A stretch of DNA of 64,000 nt from a virus (taxonomy: Duplodnaviria > Caudoviricetes): IMG/VR virus record IMGVR_UViG_3300000203_000003, positions 32,001 to 96,000 of that record; one strand, 5' to 3'. Below the pieces are notes generated by a model. The model saw nothing but the letters and a program-made list of their open reading frames with translations. It made no database searches and was not told the DNA's origin. This document shows positions 57,040 through 64,000 of the stretch, in pieces. How positions within the stretch are numbered: the stretch's first letter is position 1; every line of letters starts with the position of its first letter. Position numbers and translations under genes: made by a program.

Positions 57040-60000
57040 ATGCAGCAAAACATAGACTTCGGTACGTTCCCAGATGATCCTGATGCGGATGCGATACGAA
57101 CAGCCTTTCAGAAGGTACAGACAAACTTTGATGAGTTGTTTGACGTAACTGCAGGTGCGGCGGTTAACTCTGTTAATAGAACCCCGGGTATAGGTATACA
57201 AGTTAACTCACCTACAGGCAACGTAGTTGTCAGTGCTAACATCGCCACTATCCCGATGGACACAAGTACATTGAGATTACGTCTGGAGAACGGTCTCCCG
57301 GGAGCTAACGGAGTTATCATTACCGGGCCCGGTAGAACAGTTTTTGTCGATCTTCCAAATAGCATCACCACCAATAACTTCACTGCATCAGGCTGGGCGA
57401 ATGTAACAGGTAATGTTATCGGTGGAAATATCAATACCATTGGACAGGTCGTTGCATCAGGTAATGTCACTGGTAGTAACCTAAACACCACTGGCATCGC
57501 CAACGTTATCGGCAACGTCATCGGTGGAAATCTGACTACTAGCGGCAAAGTTGCTGCATCTGGTAATATTATAGGTTCAAATGTCACCGCCAATCTCGGG
57601 TTGTACGGAACCACTGCGAATGTATCCGGTAACGCAAACGTCGGCAACATCGGCTCAACTAATGGTGTATTCACTGGCAATATCACTGCTGGTAACGTGG
57701 GCGGAGCTAATCTAATAACCGCGAATTATCTACAAGGCACGTTGACTACTGCGGCGCAACCGAATGTCACTTCAGTCGGTGCACTATCTGCGCTTACTGT
57801 AACAGGTAATATAGCCGGCGGTAATGTTAATGCTGGAAATCTACTGACAGCTAACTACGTGCAAGGTACACTGACAACAGCAGCACAACCGAACATTACG
57901 TCAACTGGTACATTAACTGGTCTAGGTGTTAATGGAACAGTCACCGCAGTAAACATCACTGCTAACACCGGAGTATTTACTGGCAATGGTTCTGCTCTTA
58001 ATAATCTCACTGGTGCTAATGTAACCGGTACTGTTGCTAATGCGACATATGCCGTCTCATCTGGTACTGCAGGATCAGCTACTACTGCAGGAACAGTCAC
58101 TACTAATGCACAACCAAATATCACCTCAGTTGGCACATTATCTTCTCTGTTGATAACCGGCAATGCTAATGCAGCAAACTTCAACGGAACATTCTACGGA
58201 GCAGGTACAGGACTCACTGCTATCCCGGGTGCTAATGTGACCGGTACTGTTGCTAATGCAACGTATGCAGTGAGCGCCGGCGGTTCAGGAACGGCCAGCA
58301 CAGCAGGTACAGTCACCACAGCAGCCCAACCAAACATCACTTCTACAGGTACATTGACTGGACTGGGAGTAAATGGTACAGTAACCGCAGTTAATATCAC
58401 TGCTAACACCGGTGTATTCGCGGGTAACGGTTCAAGTTTAACTACGCTAACAGGTGCTAATGTAACAGGTACCGTTGCTAATGCGACATACGCAGTTTCA
58501 TCTGGTACTGCGGGAACCGCAGGCACAGTCACTACAGCGGCACAGCCAAATATCACATCGACTGGCACGTTATCTGCATTGACAGTAACGGGCAATATTG
58601 GGGCAGGTAATATAAATGCAGGCAACATGTTGACTGCAAACTATTCGACAGCAGTTCTAACAACCGCTGCCCAACCAAACATTACTTCAACTGGTACATT
58701 AACTGGTCTAGGTGTTAATGGAACAGTCACCGCAGTAAACATCACTGCTAATACCGGTGTGTTCTCTGGCAACGGATCAGGACTTACCCAGCTAGCTGGC
58801 GCCAATGTAACCGGCTATGCACCTAATGCAACCCACGCTAACATCGCTGATGCTGCAAACGCAGTAGCAGGCGGAAATGTCAGCGGTGCAGTAGGCCTTG
58901 CTACATTCGCTACAACAGCAAATGCAGTAGCCGGCGGAAATGTCAGCGGCCAAGTAAATTACGCAGCAACGGCAAATGCAGTAGCAGGTGCTAATGTCAG
59001 CGACCAAGTAAATTACGCAGCAACGGCAAACGCTGTGGCGGGTGGCAACGTCAGTGGACAAGTCGCTAATGCTCTGGTAGCAGGAACTGTTTACACTGCC
59101 GCTCAACCAAACATAACCTCAGTCGGTACTTTAACCGCAGTAACAGTATCTGGTAACGCAAACGTCGGCAACATCGGCTCAACTAATGGTGTATTCACTG
59201 GAAACATCTCGGGTGCTAATTATGTATCTGCTAACTACTTTACTGGTACGCTGACAACTAATGATCAGCCTAACATAACCAGCACAGGTACATTGACTGC
59301 GTTAACTGTTAATGGCAATATAGGCGCCGGCAACGTCAATGCTCCTACATTCGGAGCACATAACGGCACGGTTGGAGCAACTACTGCGAACACAGGTAAC
59401 TTCACAACAGTTACGGCATCTCTGACAGTTGCAGCAACTGGAAATGTATCAGGTGGAAATCTCACTACCGTCGGCGCATTAAGTGCAACGGGCAATGCTA
59501 ATGTTGGTAATCTCGGCACCGCTGGGTTAGTAGTAGCAACTGGCAACATAACTGGTGGCAATTTAGTAACTGGCGGAGCATTGAGCGTAACTGGTAATGC
59601 GAATGTAGGCAACATCGGAGCAACGAATTATGTAGGTACTGCTATCAACATAACTGCTAATGCGAACATCGGCACCACGTTAAATGTAACAGGCAATGCT
59701 AATGTTGGTAATCTCGGTACTGCTGGTTTAGTAGTAGCAACAGGTAACATAACTGGTGGCAATTTAGTAACTGGCGGAGCATTGAGCGTAACTGGTAATG
59801 CGAATGTAGGCAACATTGGTGCCACATCAGGTGTTCTTACAGGAACGCTAAGTGTAACCAGTAACGCCAACGTTGGTAACTTAGGTACTGCTGGACTTAT
59901 CATAGCAACAGGTAACATCTCTGGTGCGAACTTAACAGGAACTCATTACGGCGCAGCAACTGGGTTGACCTCTATTCCAGGTGCGAATGTAACCGGTACT

Positions 60001-63000
60001 GTTGCTAATGCAACGTATGCAGTGTCATCTGGTACAGCAGGTACTGCTGGAACCGTGTCTACGAACGCACAACCGAATATCACATCAGTTGGTACATTAA
60101 GTTCATTGGCAGTAACCGGCAATGTAAATGCAGCAAACTTCAACGGAACCTTCTACGGAGCAGGCACAGGTCTTACTGCTATCCCGGGAGCAAATGTAAC
60201 AGGTACTGTTGCTAATGCAACTTATGCAGTATCAGCAGGTAGTGCTGCTACAGCAGGCAGCGCCGGCTCTGCAACAACCGCCGGCTCTGCAACAACCGCC
60301 GGTACAGTTACTACTAATGCTCAACCGAACATCACCTCAGTAGGCACTCTTTCCTCGCTTGCTGTAACTGCAACCATTAACACTTCTAACTTGTTAATAA
60401 CTGGAACGGGCGGCGCTGGATTCATAACTATCCCCGGTCAATCACTCAATCCGCCTAATCCGACTGCTGGTAACTTGCTGATCCATGCTAGAACGATTAA
60501 TGGATTCACACGAATTGAACAAGATAATGAAGCTCCGACTAATTTAGTATACGGACGAGACACCGCTATCATCTGTCGCAATGACACCGGCGCGACTATC
60601 AACAAGGGTCAAGCAGTCTATACAAGCGGAACAGTGTCTAACTCACCGCAGATTGCGAAAGCATTAGCATCAGGAGTCGCAACAATGCCTGCGATTGGTG
60701 TTGCTATGGACGATATTCTTACTGGTAACTTCGGTCAAGTAATGGTATCTGGTATCTTGGTATTCGATACATCAGCATATGCACCGAGCGCCCAAGTATG
60801 GGTGTCACCTACAACAGCAGGAGCTTTCACCGCAACTCGTCCTTCAGGATCAAATGTTGTCCAACGCATGGGAACTATAATGGTTCAAGGCGGACCTGGT
60901 GTCGGACAGATGTTAGTTCTCACAGCACCTGCACTCCTGAACATGGAAACAGGAACAGCCGCAGCTACTTGGACTGCGAACTCGGCCATCGCTAACTACT
61001 TTAGTGGCAATGGGGCAAATCTGACAGCATTGACAGGTGCTAATGTAACAGGTACAGTTGCTAATGCAACCTACGCACTGACTTCAGGCACGGCAGGTAC
61101 TGTCACAACAGCAGCACAACCAAACGTAACTTCAGTTGGTACGTTGTCTGTTCTGGCAGTAACAGGTAATATCTCGGGCGCGAACTTAACAGGAACTCAT
61201 TACGGAGCAGCAACTGGATTGACCGCAATTCCAGGAGCAAATGTAACAGGAACAGTTGCGAATGCCACATACGCTATTTCAGCTGGATCATCAGGTACCG
61301 CTGGTACGGTAACCACTAATGCACAGCCGAATATCACTTCACTCGGATCACTTACTGGATTGATCGTCAACGGTAATATCAATGCAGGTAATACAGCGGC
61401 AGGCAACATTGTCTCGGCAAACTACGTGCAAGGAACATTAACAACTGCTGCCCAACCTAACATCACATCAGTGGGGTTGTTGACCGGGTTGAACGTAAAT
61501 GATGGTATCACGGCCGCAAATATCACTGCGAATACCGGCGTATTCACTGGTAACGGATCAAGTCTTACGGCACTTACAGGGGCGAATGTAACCGGCACAG
61601 TTGCTAATGCAACATATGCAGTAAGTGCAGGTTCTGCTACGACAGCAGGAACCGTCACAACTGCTGCTCAACCGAATATTACATCAGTTGGCTCGCTAGG
61701 TGCGTTAACTATTACTGGCAATCTATCATCAGGAAACGCTAATCTAGGCAATCTTGCTAAGGCAAACTTCTTCCAAGGTGACGGGTATCTAATCAGCAAT
61801 CTCACGGTATCAGTCGGTAATGTTATTGTCAATGGTAACAGCAATGTTAGTATTGATCTTAACGGCAATGTGCTTATTTCGTCAGGAGGCAATGCGAACA
61901 TCTTTGTGGTAACAGATACTGGCGCAAATGTAAATGGTTATCTTAAAGTGTCAGGCAATGTTGCTGCTGCTCGTTTTACAGGATTATTAGCAGGTGCATT
62001 AACAATCGCTGCACAACCTAACGTAACAACACTGGGCACTATGACAGCATTGAATGTGTCCGGTGTATCTAACCTAAGTGTAGTCAGCAATGTTCGTATC
62101 TTCGGTGGTAGTCTAAACTATTATATGACCACTGATGGTAACGGTAATCTTTCATGGACATCAGGTGCGTTCAGCCCGTGTGGCGGAACGAATACCCAAG
62201 TTCAGTTCAACGACAACGGAAACTTCGGTGGCAGCGCAAATCTTACCTTCAATGGTAATCTGTTGACTATTATTGGTAACGTTCAGTCGACAAACGTGTT
62301 AGGTGGAAATGTTGTCTCGGCAAACTTCTTCACCGGCACAATAACTACAAACGCGCAACCTAATATTACATCAGTGGGAACATTAACTGCGCTGATTGTA
62401 AACGGTAACATCAATGCGGGCAACACTGCAGGTGGCAATCTTGTATCCGCTAACTATATTCAAGGTACATTAATTACAGCAGCGCAACCTAATATTACAT
62501 CAGTGGGCTCATTAAGTTCATTGAATGTAACCGGCAACGCAAATGCAGCAAACTTTAACGGAGCCCATTACGGAGCAGCAACTGGGCTGACAGCAATTCC
62601 GGGAGCAAATGTAACCGGTACCGTTGCTAATGCAACTTATGCAGTGTCATCTGGCAGTGCAACAACTGCAGGAACTGTCACAACTGCTGCTCAACCGAAC
62701 ATCACATCAGTCGGAACACTTACTTCACTTATTGTAACAGGTAATATTCAGGGATCTAACGTAGTTGCTGCTAACTATGTAGGTGGTACCATGACTACCG
62801 CTGCACAACCCAATATTACTTCTGTTGGCACTCTATCTGCGCTTGCTGTGACAGGCAACATATCATCTGGTAATGCTAACCTAGGTAATCTGGCATCAGC
62901 GAACTTCATCACAGGTACGCTTACTACGCCGGCGCAGGGTAACATTACATCATTAGGAACACTGGGATTATTATTCGTTACTGGTAATATTCAAGCAGAA

Positions 63001-64000
63001 AGATTAATTGCTAACAACACACTGAACGTAACTGGTAATGCTAATGTCGGTAATCTGGGAACTGCCGGACTACTTGTAGCAACAGGCAACGTCTCCGGTG
63101 GAAATCTTACAACTGCTGGAATGTTAACAGTTACTGGTAACGCAAACGTAGGCAACATAGGTTCTAATATATTTACCGGTAACTCATTGACTATATCAGG
63201 TAACGCAAACGTTGCTAACCTAGGAGCATCGGGTCTTATCATATCCACAGGCAATGTGTCCGGTGGCAACATAACGACAGCCGGCAATGTAGTAGCCACT
63301 GCGAACATAACAGGTGGCAATCTAATAACAGGCGGAGTTCTATCGGTCACCGGCAACGCAAATGTTGGAAACATAGGCACCCTAGGGTTGATCGTGGCCA
63401 CAGGCAATATCAGCGCCGGCAACTTTATAACATCCGGCTCTATGTCAGTCACCGGAAATGCCAACGTTGGTAATCTAGGAACAGTTGGATTGGTAGTCGG
63501 CACCGGCAACATTACATCGAACGCAAACGTCATAACAAATAGTATTCTTGGCAGAACATCAGGTGTTACTATCACCGCAGTTGGTTCAGATCAAAATATA
63601 TCTCTGGTGCCAACTGGCAACGGCACAGTTGATGTGGGTGGAAAACGCATATCATCATTGAATGACCCGTTTAATGCGACTGACGCGGCGACCAAAGCAT
63701 ATGTTGATGCAACTACTTCATCATTGAAGGTTCTGGCGTCTGTTGTTGCTGCAACCACTGTAACTCTTACTGCGACCTATAACAACGGTGCCAGTGGATT
63801 TGGTGCTACTCTTACTGCAACAACAAACGTAGTTCTGCCGACAATAGACGGATACACTGGGTTAGTTGTTACTAATCGTGTACTTGTTAAAAATCAAGCG
63901 GATCCTATTCAAAACGGTATATATGTTGTCTCAAGTCTCGGTGTAGTAGGAGTTTCTCCTTGGATACTAACCAGAGCGACAGACTTTGATGGTGTGCCAC
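57040..64000 (+). CDS. giant repetitive tail fibre-like protein (>2300 aa, runs off the window)
   Basis: MQQNIDFGTFPDDPDADAIRTAFQK start; AQPNITSVGTL/GNANVGNL repeats; same frame at window end (WILTRATDFD); absent from ORF track, consistent with no stop in window. Confidence 0.85.
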   Translation, partial: MQQNIDFGTFPDDPDADAIRTAFQKVQTNFDELFDVTAGAAVNSVNRTPGIGIQVNSPTGNVVVSANIATIPMDTSTLRLRLENGLPGANGVIITGPGRTVFVDLPNSITTNNFTASGWANVTGNVIGGNINTIGQVVASGNVTGSNLNTTGIANVIGNVIGGNLTTSGKVAASGNIIGSNVTANLGLYGTTANVSGNANVGNIGSTNGVFTGNITAGNVGGANLITANYLQGTLTTAAQPNVTSVGALSALTVTGNIAGGNVNAGNLLTANYVQGTLTTAAQPNITSTGTLTGLGVNGTVTAVNITANTGVFTGNGSALNNLTGANVTGTVANATYAVSSGTAGSATTAGTVTTNAQPNITSVGTLSSLLITGNANAANFNGTFYGAGTGLTAIPGANVTGTVANATYAVSAGGSGTASTAGTVTTAAQPNITSTGTLTGLGVNGTVTAVNITANTGVFAGNGSSLTTLTGANVTGTVANATYAVSSGTAGTAGTVTTAAQPNITSTGTLSALTVTGNIGAGNINAGNMLTANYSTAVLTTAAQPNITSTGTLTGLGVNGTVTAVNITANTGVFSGNGSGLTQLAGANVTGYAPNATHANIADAANAVAGGNVSGAVGLATFATTANAVAGGNVSGQVNYAATANAVAGANVSDQVNYAATANAVAGGNVSGQVANALVAGTVYTAAQPNITSVGTLTAVTVSGNANVGNIGSTNGVFTGNISGANYVSANYFTGTLTTNDQPNITSTGTLTALTVNGNIGAGNVNAPTFGAHNGTVGATTANTGNFTTVTASLTVAATGNVSGGNLTTVGALSATGNANVGNLGTAGLVVATGNITGGNLVTGGALSVTGNANVGNIGATNYVGTAINITANANIGTTLNVTGNANVGNLGTAGLVVATGNITGGNLVTGGALSVTGNANVGNIGATSGVLTGTLSVTSNANVGNLGTAGLIIATGNISGANLTGTHYGAATGLTSIPGANVTGTVANATYAVSSGTAGTAGTVSTNAQPNITSVGTLSSLAVTGNVNAANFNGTFYGAGTGLTAIPGANVTGTVANATYAVSAGSAATAGSAGSATTAGSATTAGTVTTNAQPNITSVGTLSSLAVTATINTSNLLITGTGGAGFITIPGQSLNPPNPTAGNLLIHARTINGFTRIEQDNEAPTNLVYGRDTAIICRNDTGATINKGQAVYTSGTVSNSPQIAKALASGVATMPAIGVAMDDILTGNFGQVMVSGILVFDTSAYAPSAQVWVSPTTAGAFTATRPSGSNVVQRMGTIMVQGGPGVGQMLVLTAPALLNMETGTAAATWTANSAIANYFSGNGANLTALTGANVTGTVANATYALTSGTAGTVTTAAQPNVTSVGTLSVLAVTGNISGANLTGTHYGAATGLTAIPGANVTGTVANATYAISAGSSGTAGTVTTNAQPNITSLGSLTGLIVNGNINAGNTAAGNIVSANYVQGTLTTAAQPNITSVGLLTGLNVNDGITAANITANTGVFTGNGSSLTALTGANVTGTVANATYAVSAGSATTAGTVTTAAQPNITSVGSLGALTITGNLSSGNANLGNLAKANFFQGDGYLISNLTVSVGNVIVNGNSNVSIDLNGNVLISSGGNANIFVVTDTGANVNGYLKVSGNVAAARFTGLLAGALTIAAQPNVTTLGTMTALNVSGVSNLSVVSNVRIFGGSLNYYMTTDGNGNLSWTSGAFSPCGGTNTQVQFNDNGNFGGSANLTFNGNLLTIIGNVQSTNVLGGNVVSANFFTGTITTNAQPNITSVGTLTALIVNGNINAGNTAGGNLVSANYIQGTLITAAQPNITSVGSLSSLNVTGNANAANFNGAHYGAATGLTAIPGANVTGTVANATYAVSSGSATTAGTVTTAAQPNITSVGTLTSLIVTGNIQGSNVVAANYVGGTMTTAAQPNITSVGTLSALAVTGNISSGNANLGNLASANFITGTLTTPAQGNITSLGTLGLLFVTGNIQAERLIANNTLNVTGNANVGNLGTAGLLVATGNVSGGNLTTAGMLTVTGNANVGNIGSNIFTGNSLTISGNANVANLGASGLIISTGNVSGGNITTAGNVVATANITGGNLITGGVLSVTGNANVGNIGTLGLIVATGNISAGNFITSGSMSVTGNANVGNLGTVGLVVGTGNITSNANVITNSILGRTSGVTITAVGSDQNISLVPTGNGTVDVGGKRISSLNDPFNATDAATKAYVDATTSSLKVLASVVAATTVTLTATYNNGASGFGATLTATTNVVLPTIDGYTGLVVTNRVLVKNQADPIQNGIYVVSSLGVVGVSPWILTRATDFDGVP

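Noticed and set aside
30780-59060. Diversity-generating retroelement TR/VR pair between fibre repeats
   Set aside because: No reverse transcriptase in the window, both copies are coding, and differences are not visibly adenine-specific
57108-63575. Many minus-strand ORFs in the track
   Set aside because: Antisense shadows of the repetitive plus-strand fibre gene

Overview
This 64-kb window comes from a large T4-like (myovirus-type) tailed bacteriophage genome, probably uncultured. It holds an early region of small genes with sigma70-type promoters and a replication block (UvsW, gp62-like, DEDDh exonuclease, mini-DnaE, primase, helicase). It also holds head-internal and late genes, neck/tail genes (gp13, gp14, gp15, gp18, gp19, gp4) and a giant fibre-like ORF running off the right edge. 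About 12 free-standing HNH/GIY-YIG endonuclease genes and several AT-rich accessory enzymes (radical SAM, SGNH-like, glycosyltransferase-like) are interspersed. The strongest unexplained signal is a ~70-nt two-hairpin element with compensatory changes, present five times, each directly in front of an endonuclease gene. It is bracketed by two convergent TAAATA late-promoter boxes and pairs best on the strand antisense to the nuclease, suggesting a small RNA/nuclease module. Other notable items are a ~480-nt highly structured non-coding region, a tandem array of small paralogues whose C-terminal LRW codons double as the next gene's ribosome-binding site, and pervasive leaderless gene starts. All product calls come from motif recognition by eye; no database searches or folding programs were run.
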